Part shown: positions 32,851 through 47,070 of the stretch, one piece after another
How the letters are laid out: the number at the start of each line of letters is the position of its first letter
Numbering within the stretch: the first letter of the stretch is position 1
Assembly: GCF_036365525.1 (NCBI RefSeq)
Contig: NC_090404.1
Span: forward strand, 7,006,001 to 7,070,000
Source of the DNA: Heterodontus francisci
Taxonomy: Eukaryota
Direction of reading: 5' to 3'
DNA: 64,000 nt
Notes under the pieces: generated by a model
Told to the model about the DNA's origin: nothing
The model's database searches: none
The model's input: only the letters and a program-made list of their open reading frames with translations
Made by a program: the position numbers and the translations under genes

Positions 32851-34651
32851 CCCCGAACTCAGAACTGTGACCCCGAAGGGTTTCATCTCGACATCTTAAA
32901 GGGGGCGTCACCAGTGAGACTGGTGCCTGGAAAAAGGACAGAAAGACCAAGAGACACTGCGAGGGAAGCGAAAGCTAAATATAGCTGAGAGGGCAGGACG
33001 GCCCAGAAGGATAGTGGTGGGGGAGGAGTGTGGGGAGAGATTGGAGCAGAGAAAGAGTTCAAGCATCAACGTCACCCAGTCCCAAATATAATTCTGAGCC
33101 CTTAAGAAGGGTCGTTAATTCTTCTCTGCCTGAACCTGATTTGATATTCAACCACAGGAGACCTCGCGCCTGAACATCAGGAGTGCAGAGAAAAATGCAT
33201 TCAAAAGACAATGTCGGAAGATACTGGGGTCGGAACAGAAAGCTCTGGTGATGTTCCCGTGACCGGGAGGTACCGAAAGAATCTGATGAGACAGTGACGA
33301 AGGAGGAGAGAAATTTCAGGTTGTGAAAGTGTGAGGTTCACTGACGGATCCCTGGGCTGATTTTTAGGGAGATGGTATAAGAGGGAATGGAGCAGGGAGA
33401 GAGGATCCCTGGTGTGATGTTCAGTGAGTTCAGGGAGATGGTATCAGATGGAATCGAGCAGAGAAGAGAGAAAGGTCATCAGAGAAACATGTGACAGAGG
33501 GGCAGGGGTAACAGGTATTGCAGAAAAGGTGAAGGCAGAAAGTTGGCGTGTGCATAACAGAAAAGTGGTGAGTGTATGTGAGACAGATTAGCTGGAGTGT
33601 GCGGGTTGTGTGAAGAACAGAAAATGTGAAGACAGAGTCTCTGTATCTGATAGACCTCAGTCTCCTGGAATCATTCCTACAATTTGTGCTCTCTTTTGTG
33701 TCAGATGTGTCCCAGGCTCTGGGAATCATCCCAGGGATTGTGCTCCCCTGTTTGTCAGATCGGCTTCAGGCTTTGGAAATTATTCCCAGGAATTGTCCTC
33801 CCCTGTTTGTCACATAGTCTTTGGGCATTGGAAATCATTACCCGGGGTCGTCCTCTCTGGTTCATTAGATAGGCCCAAGGTTCTGGCATCATTCTTAGAA
33901 TTTGTGCTCCTTGTCGTATCAGATAGACCCCGGCTCTTGAAATAATTCCCAGCATTTGTGTTCGATGGTATATTGTGTCAGATACGCACCAGTCTCCAGA
34001 AATCATGCCAGGGTTTGTGCTCTCTCATGTGTTATATTTCTAACCTGTGCAGTACCTGTCCTGAGAATGTTTAAAGGAACAGTGCAGATAGAGCTCCCCT
34101 GTGTAACTAACCTGTGCCGTGCCTGCCCTGGGAGTGTTTGATGGGACAGTGGGGACGGAGATTTACTCTGTTTCTAACCGGTGCTTTGCCTGTCCTGGGA
34201 GTGTTTTATGAGAGAGTGCAAAGCGAGCTTTATTCTCTATCAAACCTGTACCGTGCCTGTCCTGGAAAGGTTTGATGGGACAGTATTCCTCCATGTATCA
34301 GAGTGCGATGGAGCAGAGCGCTGCTCTTCAATATAACCTGGCACATGACTGTGGCAGACCATAAGATGGGAGAATTCAGTGAGTTGCTCCTGGTCACTGT
34401 CCGGTCATTCAGCCACTGGGATTGGCAAGATACGGCAGAACGAAAGGTGTCTTTACTCTGAAGGGACTCTGGTTGGCACTGCAGCTCCTTCACCGAAGAG
34501 CCTTGGGATTAAACGCAACCCGGACAGGACTGTGGCAAAATAGCTGTCAGGAAAGTGAGGAAACGTGTAATCGGGAAAAGGGAGCGGTGGTAGAGGGTCA
34601 TTAGGGCAAGGAATTCAGTCAAGTCCAAGTTAGTCCATGTGTTACTCAATA

Positions 34652-34657
34652 TTTATT
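34652..34657 (-). terminator. Candidate poly(A) signal of membrane IgM mRNA (cluster B)
   Basis: AATAAA on the minus strand about 420 nt after the TM2 stop; the homologous site in cluster A (7224-7229) reads AATAAT. Confidence 0.55.
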
Positions 34658-35076
34658 AACAATTTTAAAAAAGAACATTTTACAGAGAGGATTTAAAGAA
34701 AGGTCCAAAATGAATATAACAACTTTACGTCACATTGAGTACAGAACACATACGATCTGAGCTGCCAGCTCTCTGTAAAACTGTAACAGAGCAGAGAGAG
34801 AAAACGGAGCTCAACATAAAAAGGGACCACTTGTGAATAAGGAATAGTTACTTATTTACACATGAAATTCAAACGAAGGTGAAACTCGAAGACGCATTTA
34901 CATTAGAGCCACGATTATCCCACATATTTTAAAGAGGAAAACGGGAATACTATTTATGATTCTCTCAGCTACAGATTCAGAACTATAAATTGAAGGCATT
35001 TTACTGTTGGTGTTTTTCTGTTATGCAGAGATGTTTAAAAAACGAGGAAAATCCAGGGTGGCATAAATTCACTCGA

Positions 35077-35085
35077 TCACTTGAC
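35077..35085 (-). CDS. IGHM: IgM TM2 exon coding part (VK*), cluster B
   Basis: TTTTACAG|GTC AAG TGA. Confidence 0.9.
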   Translation of the reverse strand, partial: VK

Positions 35086-35224
35086 CTGTAAAAGAGGGAT
35101 AAAGGAGTGAAGCAGAGATTTCGTGGTTCGGGACATTCATCTCAAGGTTAAATTTATGAAACTTTTAGAGATTTGTGAAACAACTTCAGTTAAATTGAAG
35201 TGTGAGTGGATTGAATATTCTCAC

Positions 35225-35352
35225 CTTCACCAGAGTGACGGCAGCACTGTAGAAAATGCTCAGGAAGAACAGGATGATGAATGTGGAAGCGGTTGTCCAG
35301 ATGTTGCCGCTCTCTTCCTCATTGTCTTCAATCCAGATGTGGTCTGAGGAAT
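35225..35352 (-). CDS. IGHM: IgM TM1 exon (cluster B)
   Basis: DSSDHIWIEDNEEESGNIWTTASTFIILFFLSIFYSAAVTLVK; AG and GTGAGA intact. Confidence 0.93.
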
Positions 35353-35959
35353 CTACGCGGATATAGAGGAGGAAATATATTCAAATAGTTTATTAATCCA
35401 GCATATATTTTGCATTCGAATGTCTCTTCCTTCAGCTATTATTGGTTTTCTAATTTAATTTTCAATGTGTGGCTATTAAGTTAATCATGCTCAGTAATCT
35501 ATCTCTGTTACCAACTCCACAATCATTCTTCCTTTATCATCGTCCTCCAGGCCTTATTGGAAAATGTGTCAGTTTTTTCTTCAGTGTCAGGCGCTTTTTT
35601 ATTTTAGATGCAGTTGCGGTTTTTCTTAAGGGATTATTATGGTGAAATATGAGATATCGAGGGAGGTTTACTGATCGATAACAATTATTTTGAAGATGGG
35701 TTCGGATATCTACTTATTTGGAGATTGTCAATTGTGCTGAGTAAGAGCTCGGATGCGAGTTCCAATCTTATTTGTATGTGATGAATGTCGCTTGAAAATC
35801 ATTTACATTCCTCAGTTTCTAAGTGAGAATTTTGCTTCGTTATCTTTTTAGGTCCACCGTGCATTCGGGAAGTTGTTGGAGATGGTGTCCATTCAATCAG
35901 TGCATTTGAATTCTACTTTCGTCAACAGCCTGGCGATTTTGTCTGCGCATTCAGTGTTT

Positions 35960-36890
35960 GTGCAAATGTGTACGAGTATCTTCCTTTGCATCACTCTCTG
36001 TTTCCATGTGTACGTGTGTGTGTGTGAGTGTTAATGTGTGGGAACAATGTAGTTGTTTGGGTGCCCATGTGTGTGTCAATGCGCGTGTTTATATGTTAAT
36101 GCCTGTGTGTATGTGTCCATGTATGTTAGTGTGTTAATGTGCCAATGTGCATTGATTTGTGTAATCAAGTAGCCGTCTGTGTGTGTTTGGTGTGTGTGTA
36201 TGTGTGTGTTTGTGGTGTGTATATGTGTGTGTGTAAGTCTATGTGAGTTGTGTTTCTTTATCCGTCTTTGTTTATGAGCGGTTGATGTTTATTTATGTCG
36301 GTGTCTGTGTCCCTATGCGTGTGTTAATATCTGTGTTTCTGTGTTGATGGATGTGTTTATGTTTCCCTGTGTTTCAATGTGTGTTTATATGTCCATGTGT
36401 GTGTGCTAATGTGTTATTTATGCCTGCTTGTGTCCCCATGAGTGTGCGAATGTATGTTTTTGTTGATGTCTACGTTTATGTATTAATGCATATATTAATG
36501 TGTGTTTATGTGTGCATGTGTGCGAATGTATGTGCTGATGTGCGCGCTTGTGTATCCATGTTAATATTGGTGTCTATTTGTTTGTGAGTGAGTGTGTTCA
36601 TGTGTTAGTGTGTCTGTTTATCTGTGTGCATATGTACCCGAGTCTGTTAATATGCGAGTGTATGTGTCCATGTATGTGTTAATGTGTGTGATAGTGTGTG
36701 CTTTTATGTCTAGGTTTCTGCTTTCGTGAGACTGTACTAACGTGTGCATTTATGTTCGTGTTTGCGTATGTGACTGTGGGAATCTTTCTTTCAGCGTTTG
36801 GGTTTGTTTGTGTATGTAGATGCAAATGTGTGTTTGTACATGTGCGTGTGTTTATGTGTTTGTTTATGTCCGTGTGCCTGTACATTTTTA
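35960..36890. repeat. TG-rich low-complexity tract in the CH4-TM1 intron (cluster B)
   Basis: Degenerate (TG)n; counterpart of 4640-5920. Confidence 0.85.
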
Positions 36891-37924
36891 TTATTAAACG
36901 AAATTTCAGAGAGTACAAATAACCACGTCTAGCCCTGACGGTGTGCACTGCAGAGAATATTCTTTATCGTTCTGTGCGTAAATCTATTCTGTGCAAGATG
37001 CAATATGACATCAGCTGGATGAATGCAACAATGAAAATGATGGGCCTCAGCACAACAGGAATAGTGGATGATTAAATCACCAGTTAGATTTAGACTATTG
37101 GAATTTAATCTGTCAGGGAACGTGGCCAACAGGAAAATGTTTTAAGATATCATGTTGCATAAAGATATATTTTGCAATATGTTTCCCATTTGGAATGTTT
37201 AAACCTTCGTACAGTGAACTGGAAGCCGACTTTGAACTGATGGCAATTGAATCCGATCATGAAGAGCAGTTGGCTTCCAATCTCTCTGCAGGGGGAGTGG
37301 GAGTATAGTGGGTTAACAAATGCCTTTACTCCTTTCTCTGTCGAGGAATTGGTGAGGGGTGGGGGCCTATTACAGTAGGTCCACAATTGCCTTCCTTCTC
37401 TATTGGTGAAGTGGAGTAACAGTGGATTAACAATTACCCTTTCCCCCTCTCTGTTTCGGATGTGGATCTACAGTAGATTAATAAATTGTACTTTCCCCTC
37501 TTTCTGATGGAGAATTGTGAGTGCAGATCGTACTTGTGTGTGGCCTTCGGTTCAGTTCCCAGAGCATGTGATGCTGAAACTGCAAACTGACCTCAATACC
37601 GAAGGGGTGGACAACACGAGAAGCAGGAACACCGATATCTAAATGCACTTCGTTTGTTCGTCAGAAAAGGGAAATTTTCAGATATCCCCAGACAAGGCAG
37701 GAGGAAAGCTAAGTTGCTGGTGTTACCTTCCGGAATCCTGTAATGAATCAGTTTTCCTCTGTCGCTAACCTGTGGGATCTGAGTTGGGAGCACTGATTGC
37801 ACAAGACTTGGGCCCGAGACCTGCAAATATCCCACTTTAGATGAATAGATCTACCCTTAGAAAATGTGGGAAGCAGAATTAATTGAGCGCTTGTGTATTT
37901 GAATCGTGATTGGAGGAAAATGTC

Positions 37925-37940
37925 TTTATTGATTTTTATT
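37925..37940 (-). terminator. Tandem poly(A) signals of secreted IgM mRNA (cluster B)
   Basis: Two minus-strand AATAAA (37935-37940 and 37925-37930), 30-45 nt after the secretory stop. Confidence 0.8.
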
Positions 37941-37968
37941 TAAGTATTAAAATGCAATCGAGAGATTC

Positions 37969-38360
37969 TCATTGACATGAATTGACAGTATCCAACAGTG
38001 CAAGGGAAATGTTCACAAAACTCGGTTTACCGCTGGATTTATTAACTGTTCTGTTGATGATCTTCAAGGGGATCGCTTCATGTCCCACCACACAGGAGTA
38101 AGAAGCGCCGCTGGCCCACTCCTCCGCTGCAATGGATAACAGGCTGTAGATGAAGTAGGAGCTATTTTCGTTCTCCGCCATCACCTCGGTGTTCTTGTAG
38201 TTTCCGGGATTCACCGACTTGTCATTGACGGTCCACTTGACGAATATCTCTCGGGGGGAGAAACCTCTCACTAAGCAGGTGAGGGAGAGGAACCTCTGAG
38301 CGGAGACATCGTCTGCCGGGGGCAGGAGGACAGATACGGACGGTTCCCGCAGATCTTTAT
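37969..38360 (-). CDS. IGHM: IgM CH4 plus secretory tailpiece (cluster B); membrane-form donor at 38030
   Basis: 392 nt, open; NKDLREPSV...[19 protein letters not shown]. Confidence 0.96.
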
Positions 38361-38861
38361 CTGCAGAAAAATTAAAATAGATATCAATGAACTGGATAAT
38401 TCCACAGATAATTAAACCGTTGGTTAGATGTGAGAGAAATGTGATTTGTGCTGAATTTTAAAGGTTTCCCTTTCCCCTTTGCGGCCTGTCCTGTTTCCCA
38501 GCCCGGAGCAGAGGCGGATGCAATCCCCTTCGCAGAGAACTTAAAGGATTAGACTGGAAAATTACATAGAAGTAAAAAGCACAGGAACAGGCCATTCAGC
38601 CCAGCTAGCCTGTGCTGGTGTTTATGCCGCCCACGAACCTCCTCCCACCTCACTTCATCTCTTTCTAAACCTTTCTCCCTCATCTACTTATCTAGCTTCC
38701 CCGTAATTGCATCACCTCTGGTTCCAGAGCGTTTCGTTTGCAGAATTACAATTAAATTATCAGAATAATCCATGAGAACACTTAATAGGACGAATTGTTC
38801 CTTGTACAAACACCGGAAATAAGCACAACCTCTCACTTATTGTTTCAATCTCACCGCTCAC

Positions 38862-39170
38862 TTTTTTCCTTGTGGATGAAATCTCTGAGAGGAGTCGGCA
38901 GATCCTGATGGCTCACCACGCAGTAGAAATCAACCCCACTCAGCCAGGATTGTGCCGAGATGTCTACGGTGCTGATCACACTGTCGGAATCCTCTCCGGG
39001 TTGCACGGCAATCTCAGATTTCAAAGGCTTCTGTTCTTGTGTCCAGGACACGTTGACACCATAAGGAGCATTAGACACGACGCAGGTTAAGGTCACCGTC
39101 GCCTCCAGTAAGACCTGTTCTATTGATGGTGGCAGTAGCTTAATTACTGGATCATTGCAGGAACAAGGAA
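38862..39170 (-). CDS. IGHM: IgM CH3 exon (cluster B)
   Basis: 309 nt, open; [15 protein letters not shown]...[24 protein letters not shown]; canonical splice sites. Confidence 0.96.
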
Positions 39171-39736
39171 CTGTAAAACAGAAATGGCAATAAAACAAAG
39201 ATTCATCTTCAGAATCAGACACCAATATTCAGCCTTCACTGTCTCTAGGAGAATAAATCAACTTCGAGACATCGACCTCAGGCTGTTGCTTTATTAATAT
39301 CGTTTATTGGAAGGACAACAACCTGAAAAAGCTTCCGGGAGATTCTGTAACATATACTGTGTACTTGCACCCTAAAAAGCCGATAATGGGCTTTGAAGTA
39401 AGTACCCAGAGTAAAAATCGAATAATTGCGGGAGAAATTGTGTTACGCACTGAATAATGTTCTTCCCGAAATCCCTTCGGAGCTAGCTCGAAGGGCCGTA
39501 TGGCCTACTCCTGTTCCTAATTCGGATGTTCGTTTGTTAGTATTTCCGCCCGTCTATCAGTCCTTGCACCGGATCACATCTCCTCTAAATATAATGGCTC
39601 TGACACCCACGAGCTCTTTATCGAATTCACACTGGCTCATAACGAGAGTCAAATGAAATCCCGAATTTTAGGCCCAACAGGAAACAAACTTAATTTTCTG
39701 GCACCTTGTCACGGTATTTGGGGAGAGGAAAATATT

Positions 39737-40076
39737 TAGATTTTAGATTTAGAGATACAGCACTGAAACAGGCCCTTCGGCCCACCGAGTCTGTGCCGAC
39801 CATTAACCACCCATTTATACTAATCCTACACTAATCCCATATTCCTGCCATTTCCTCACCTGTCCCTATATTCCCCTCCCACCTACCTATACTAGGGGAA
39901 ATTTATAATAGCCAATTTACCTATCAACCTGCAAGTCTTTTGGCTTGTGGGAGGAAACCGGAGCACCCGGAGAAAACCCACGCAGACACAGTGAGAACTT
40001 GCAAACTCCACACAGGCAGTACCCAGAATTGAACCCGGGTCGCTGGAGTTGTGAGGCTGCGGTGCTAACCACTGCA
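39737..40076 (-). mobile_element. V-SINE (HE1-like)
   Basis: GCAGTGGTTAGCACCGC...GGTTCAATTC; TGTGTGGAGTTTGCA core; TCTAAA tail. Confidence 0.8.
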
Positions 40077-40923
40077 TATGAAGGAACCAATCGGAGGAGG
40101 GGTGAAAAATCGGGAAAATGCACTTCTGAGGAATCGCTTTGAGGTGCAGAACAACTTACAATAACGGTATGAGGCAGTTTTCTTATATCTGTCATGAGTC
40201 AGAACGCCTCATATGTCAGTCTGCAGTCAGAAGGCGATCTGACAAGAGGGCAATAATAGAAACATAGGAAAAAGCGTAGGTCATTCAGCCCCTCCAGCCT
40301 GTTCTGCCATTCAAATAGGCAATGGCTGACCTGCATCTTAATCCCGTCTGCCCATATGCGATCCTTAATAGTCTTGCTTTGCATAAATCTATCAATCTCA
40401 ACATTAAAATTTCCAATTGATGCCAAACTTCAAGAGCGAGTTGAGGGAGAGAATACCAGATCACCGATAGCCACTGCATAAATGTTAGCTTCCTGATATC
40501 ATCCCTGAATAACCTTGGTCTCATTTGAAAGTTATGCCCCCTTGCTCTCGAGTCCCTCACCAGAGGAAATATTTTTCTCCATCGACTCCATCAATTGCAG
40601 TAAACATCTTAAACACCTCAATTAGATCCCCCTTCAATCCTGAAAGCAATGCCAGTTTGGTCTGTGAAATCTGTCCTCTTAATTTAACCCGTTCAGCCGC
40701 GCTACAATTCAAGTCAGTTTCTGTTGCACCACTCCCACGGCCAATAGATTCCTCCTGAACTCCGGAGTTCTGAATTGAACACAGTTTTCTAAATCGATGC
40801 TCTTTCTAGCGCTTGATCCCGAGGCTGTAACCAGGAAACGTCCAGCCACTTATTGCCGCTCTGAATATAATCAGCCAACTCAAGATAAACCTGATATCAA
40901 GGCCACCTCATTCACTATGTGAC

Positions 40924-42901
40924 AACAATGAGATGTAAGACTGAGGATTGGGAGTGTTTTAGAAACCAGCAAAGGACAACCAAAACGTTGATAAAAAGGG
41001 AAAAAATAGAATTTGAGAGTAAACTAGCCATCAATATAAAAATAGTTTGGAAGATCTTTTATAAGTACATAAAAAGGAAAAGAGAAGCCAAAGTAGACGT
41101 TGGTCCCTTAGAGGCAGAGACAGGAGAAATCATCATGGGGAATGAGGAAATGGCAGAGGCATTGAACAAATATTTTGTGTCTGTCTTCACAGTAGAAGAC
41201 ACAAGTTCCATACCAGAAACAGGCAGTAACCTAGGGGCTAAAAAGAGTGAGAAAATTAAGGATATTGATATCAGCCGAGAAAAAGTATTGGAGAAACTTG
41301 ACAGAGTAAAATCTGACAAGTTCCCAGGACCTGATGGCTTACATCCTGGGGTTCTAAAAGAGATAACTGCAGAGATAGTGGATGTGATGGCTATGACTTT
41401 CCAGAATTCCTTAGATTCAGGAATGGTCCCATCAGCCTGGATGTTATGGCAAATGTTATGCCGCTTTTCAAGAAAGGAGGTAGAGAGAAAACAAGGAACT
41501 ACAATCCAGTTAGCCTGACGTCAGTCGTTGGAAAGATGCTGGAAACTATTATTAAAGAAGTCTTGACATTACACTTGGAAAAGCATAGTATGATTAGAAC
41601 AAGTCAGCGTGGTGTTACTAAAGGGAGATACTGTTTAACAAATGTATTAGAGATTTCTGAGGATGTAACTAGTAGGGCAGATAAAGGGGAACGAGTAGAT
41701 GCAGTGTACCTGGACTTTCAAAAGGCATTCAGTAAGGTGCCACATAAAAGAATAATAGGCAAGGTCAGGGCACATGGTGCTGGAGGTAGTATATCAGCGC
41801 GGACAAAGGATTGGTTAACAGACAGGAAGCAGAGAGTGGGCATAAATGAGGCATTTTTAAGTTGGAAGGCAGTGAATAGTGGGGTGCCGCAAGGATCAGT
41901 GCTGGTGTCTCAGCTATTTACACTCTATATTAATGACTTGGAAGAAAAGACAGAGAGTAATGTATCTAAGTTTGCTGATGATACAAAGTTCAGTGGAAAG
42001 GTAAGCTGTGGGGAGGATATATAGAGAGGCTGCAAAGAGATATAGACAGGTTAAGTGACTGGGCAACAAGTTGGCAAATGGAGTATTATACAGGGAGTTC
42101 TGAAATTGTTCACTTTGGTCGTAAAAATAGAAAAGCCAAATATTTTGGTAGGAGTGAAAATGGTAAGTGTTAATGTTCCAAGAGACTTGGGGGTACTCCT
42201 GCAAGGAACACACAAAGTTACCATACAAGTGCATCCGGCTATTAGGAAGGTAAATGGCATGTTGGCCTTTTGTGCAAGGAGATTGGAGTACAGGAATAAA
42301 GAAGTCTTACCAAAATTGTACAGGGCTTTGGTGAGATCGCAAATGGAATACTGCGTGCAGTTTTGGCCTTCACATTGAAGAAAGGATGTCCTTTCACTTG
42401 AGGCAGTGCTGCGAAGATTTACTAAATTGGCCGCATTGGTTGATGGGCTTGTCCGGTGATGAGAGACTGAGTAAATTGGGCCTATATTCTCTGGCGTTTA
42501 GAAGAATGAAAGGCAATCTAATTGAGACACACGAGATTCTGAAAGGGCTTGATAGGGTAGAAGCTGAGAGATTGTTCCCATTGGTCAGGCAATCATAAAC
42601 ACGGGGAAACAGCCTCAGGATAAGGAGCCATTAATTCAGGACTGAGATGAGAAGAAATTACTGCACTCAAAGAATTGCGAATCTTTGGAATTCTCCACCA
42701 CAGAGGGTTGTGGATGCTCCATCATTGAATACATTTAAGGCTGGCATAGATAGATGTTTGGCCTCGCGGGTAATCAAGGGATATGGGGAGCGGGCAGGAA
42801 AGTGGAATTGAAGCCCAAGAACAGCCATGATCGTATTGAATGACGAAGCAGGCTCGATGGGCCATATGGTCTACTTCTGATCCTATTTCTTGTGTTCTTG
42901 T
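40924..42901 (+). mobile_element. CR1-type LINE 3' half inserted antisense in the cluster B CH2-CH3 intron
   Basis: PGPDGLHP, YLDFQKAF, GVPQGSVL and FADD; absent at the matching cluster A site (about 752). Confidence 0.9.
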
Positions 42902-43117
42902 ATCAAAGCAGAGGGAACCATTATTTGGTGATGTAATAACATGTTGAACCGTGAGCAAACCTAATTCAGCACTCACAGCGGAACAAAGCAAAATAAAACC
43001 TACATGATGGTAAATTAGAAATTATTCTGTGATTTGTACTAATTCCAATAATTTCCTGCCTTTGATATTCATCATAGAACAGAATGATCTGGAGCTTTCT
43101 CCATTTGTGTCTCTTAC

Positions 43118-43435
43118 CCTGAGATCCGGTGATGTTTCGGCTTTGGGTGACCGCTTGATGGGAGACCTGGCAGGTATAGACCGTGTTGGTGAACCATTCC
43201 CCAGCGGGGACTGTCAGCCGACTGGTCGCTGAGAAGTTTCCGTTCACTTCACAGGCGGGAGAGGTGACGAAGCCCGAATCCATGGATTGTCCATCCTTCA
43301 ACCAACTCACGGTTATTGACTCTGGATGGAAATCGATGATTGAACACAAGACAGTTGCAAATCTGCTGCTTGTGATTTCTTCACTGGAAGTCTGGGTGAG
43401 GAGAACAGTTGGATGGACGATGTCGCCTTGACAAT
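43118..43435 (-). CDS. IGHM: IgM CH2 exon (cluster B)
   Basis: 318 nt, open; [11 protein letters not shown]...[20 protein letters not shown]. Confidence 0.96.
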
Positions 43436-43638
43436 CTTCAAGAAAAACATGTTAGACATTTCTAGAAGAAATTAATAACTAATGCAAACTGTTCTTACAT
43501 TTTAACAGATGTCAAGCAGACACTAACTGGAATCTCCAGGAATTAGAACAGAGCACAGTGCTCTAAATGTGATATAGCCAAAGCTCTACAAAAGATTATT
43601 ATAGCTTTTGTGTTTTTCACAGTTTCCACAACACTAAC

Positions 43639-43935
43639 CTGGAATTTCCTTGATCCAGACTGACTCTCCGCGTCGAACCTCGCAGTAGATTTTGCTGCTT
43701 CCCACCTCTGATTCGGTGATGGTTAACTGGCTGCTCAGGGTGTAGGTTCCCTTCTTGTTCAGCACTGACGGGTAAGTCTTCAGTCCAGTGGTGATCGTCT
43801 CTTGATCTTTCTTCCAGGAAACGCTGGTGATTTGGGGGATGTAGTCCATCGCCAAACAGCCGTAGGCAACGGAGCCACCGGTGTTGGGTTGTTCACAGGA
43901 GCACAGACCATAAAGTGTTGGGGGAGACGGTGTCG
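43639..43935 (-). CDS. IGHM: IgM CH1 exon (cluster B)
   Basis: 297 nt, open; [16 protein letters not shown]...YGCLAMDY...[18 protein letters not shown]. Confidence 0.96.
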
Positions 43936-44672
43936 CTGGGAAACAATGGCAGATTGAACAAGTTAGACTCTGTGATTCTTGCTTATCAAGTAACCAGACA
44001 CATCGGAATTTAACTCCAGCTAGAAACTGATTCCAATATTTTCCGATTAAAACCTTCATCCGCATTTCAGCTTCATTTAGATCCATCGTTTGGTGATAAT
44101 CGCCTGTCGGTCCCCTGGTTAGGAAAACACCTCTCTTTCAGGACCTGTCACATTACAAAATTAAGAGCCTTTTGAAGTCATCTCAATAAAGTACCCTCCA
44201 TTGGACGGATCTGGAAGAGGAGATTCCCCACTATTTCAGCTAGTACTTATTTCTAAACCAACAGCACCTTGCCAAAAAAAAAGCACTCGGCATTTATTAA
44301 TTGCAGTTTTTGGAAATTTACTCTCTGCAAATTGACTGCTGGGTTTCCCCACCCCTCCACATACCACCACCACCCACCCACCCCACCCCTCCACCCCACG
44401 CCCACCCCCACCTCTCCCCACCCCCAAATAGCGGCTACTCTTAAAAAGAGGCATCGCAATGTGTGCTTATAAAACGAGTTTATAACCCGAAACTTGACTC
44501 CCAGGCAAAGTCCTTTCATTATTTCCCCATAAAAAAACCTACAACAAATCCTAGCATGTACATGACCCAGAATTATAAAATAATAGAAATGATAGCAGAG
44601 AAATAGGCCATTCGGTCCATCAAGCCTGTGAAAGATCACTCCAGCGATCCCGCTGACCTTCCAATTACTAAT

Positions 44673-44840
44673 TTAAAGCAACATACTGCGGATGCTGGAA
44701 ATCAGAAATAAAAACAAGAAATGCTGGAAATGCTCAGCAAGTCTGGCAGTATCTGTGGAGAGAGAAACCGAGTTAACGTTTCAGGTCAGTGACCCTTCAA
44801 CAGTGACCTGTTGAGTATTTCCAACATTTCTTGTTTTTAT
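44673..44840 (-). mobile_element. Penelope terminal-repeat fragment with short inverted end and degenerate hammerhead (44771-44807)
   Basis: Reverse complement of the 9310-9442 tail; flanked by TTCCAATTACTAAT and TTCCAATTCCTAAT. Confidence 0.75.
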
Positions 44841-45842
44841 TCCAATTCCTAATCTTCTTTTCTAAAGTTCCATTTTATCCAGCTATGTTGGATTCTGTTG
44901 ACAGCTCTCTTTCTGATAGGACATCCCAGATCCTAACAACCCCCTGTGTAGAAAAGTAGATTCATACCCTCTTCCTTCATTCTTTTGACGCTGATTTTAA
45001 ATCAGTGCCCTCTACAGTCCAACTCACTGATCTGGGCAAATTGGTTTCGAAATTTCTGGATAAAACATTCATTATTCAAAACACCTCTACATGACTTCAT
45101 TTTAATCTTCTATGTTCCCACAACAATAAAGAACTTTAACAATAAATAGTTGAAGTCTCCTTTGAAACATGGACTGAATCATTTAGTACACAGATTTCAG
45201 AGGGGAATTTTTACACAACCTAGTTTCTGGAATTAAAATTTTAGATGACTCGGCATTGACTCTAGACTATCAGTTTCCTTCTCAGTACTTGAAGATTGTG
45301 ATTTGTGTTCTAGCTTTACTGAATGGATCTCTCCCGAGTTTACTGCTCCCTCCAGCTCAATTAATAATCCGAAATAAATCCGATTCCTAAATATCTGTCA
45401 TCTGGAATGATGTTCTTGAAATGGTCCATTTAATTTTCCAAAGTATCTTCCCACCCCTCACCAGTGAGAACTGGTGTTGCTGACTGTGTTGTTACAGACA
45501 CATCTTCTTGCAGCTTGCACCGACCATAATGTGAACATCAGGAGAGGTTTCTTCTATAAATATCTGATATTCACATTACTTACACATTATACATCGAGTG
45601 AATATCAGTAAGTTCCAGGCAAGGGAGGACAAAAGTTCCTGAAGTGTTATTGCTGACATGGCCAACTCTCACTTCTGTTTTGTGTGGACAATTCAAACAC
45701 TTGAGGCTTATTGGTCAGATATTGAAAGCTCGCTCACCAAAAGGATGGAAAAGAGATTGTCGATGTTGGTGGCACAAAGGTTGGACAGATGGGCTCTCAA
45801 ATGACATTAGATAACATTCCACATCAGACAACATTCAGAAAT

Positions 45843-46148
45843 TTTAGAAATACAGCACTGAAACAGGCCTTTCGGCCCACCGAGTCTGCGCCGACCAACA
45901 ACCACCCATTTATACCAACCCTACAGTAATCCCATATTCCCTACCACCTACCTACACTAGGGGCAATTTACAATGGCCAATTTACCTATCAACCTATAAG
46001 TTTTTTGGCTTGTGGGAGGAAACCGGAGCACCCGGAGAAAACCCACAGGGAGAACTTGCAAACTCCACACAGGCAGAACCCAGAATCGAACCCGGGTCCC
46101 TGGAGTTGTGAGGCTGCGGTGCTAACCACTGCGCCACTGTGCCGCCCA
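45843..46148 (-). mobile_element. V-SINE (HE1-like), full tRNA head
   Basis: GGGCGGCACAGTGGCGCAGTGGTTAGC box A and GGTTCGATTC box B. Confidence 0.85.
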
Positions 46149-46189
46149 TTTGGGGAGCAGAATTTCGAAGTTCGAGAATTATACGAAAC

Positions 46190-47070
46190 AAATTGTGAGC
46201 AGGATAGCAACAGAGTTCAGGAGGACATAGACAGACTGGTGAAATATTCAGAGACAGAGCAGATGCAATTTAATGCGGTTAAATGTGAAGTGCTGGACTT
46301 TGAGGAACAACGGGGAAAGCTAATGCAATGTAAGTGGTACTATTTTGAAGGGGGTAGAACGGTAGAGGGGCCTGAGGTGCATATTCACAATGTTTTGAAG
46401 ATGGTTAAGAAAGCAAATAGAACACTTGGTCTTGTAAAATGGATTATTGAATACAAACAAGGAAGTCATGTTAAAGCTTTGCAAGTCACTGATTAGGCTG
46501 GAGTATTTTTTGCACAATTCTGGCCATCACACTTTCGGAAGAAGGTCACGGCTTTGGGGAGAGTGCAGAGGGAGTTTACCAGGATGATGTCAGGAATGAA
46601 GGAGTTCAGTTATGTGGAGAGATTATACAAGTTGAAATGTTCTCCTTCGCTGGATACTGAATAGGCATGTTCAAAATTATGGGATGTCTTGATGTTGCAG
46701 ATAAGGAGAAACTGTTTCCTCTGGCAAGTGGGTCAGTGGTAAAATAAATAATTGGCAACAAAATGGAGTGTGGGCGGGGTGGTGGCTGCAGAAGGAGGTC
46801 TCTTTCCTGACAGAAGGTGATTTTCACAAAAGCATAGAACGGTTACAGCACAAAGGGAGACCATTCAACCCGTCGTGTCGATGCATGCTCTCTGTAAGCG
46901 CATCTAGAATGCACAAGGCACCAGGACATGTCCTAGAAGGAGACTACATTTCATGGTTACGAGGGGGGAAATGGCTTGTAGGATTAAATTGGAGAGCTCT
47001 TTCAGAGCTAACACAGGCATGGCGGGCTGAATGGCCACATTACGTACGAGAAGATTCTGTGATCCTACCC
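46190..47070 (+). mobile_element. Decayed CR1 LINE 3' fragments
   Basis: QEDIDRL...QFNAVKCEVL...KKANRTLG. Confidence 0.7.

Noticed and set aside
46080-46148. tRNA-like sequence
   Set aside because: It is the head of a SINE, continuous with the V-domain and LINE-like tail; not a full cloverleaf.
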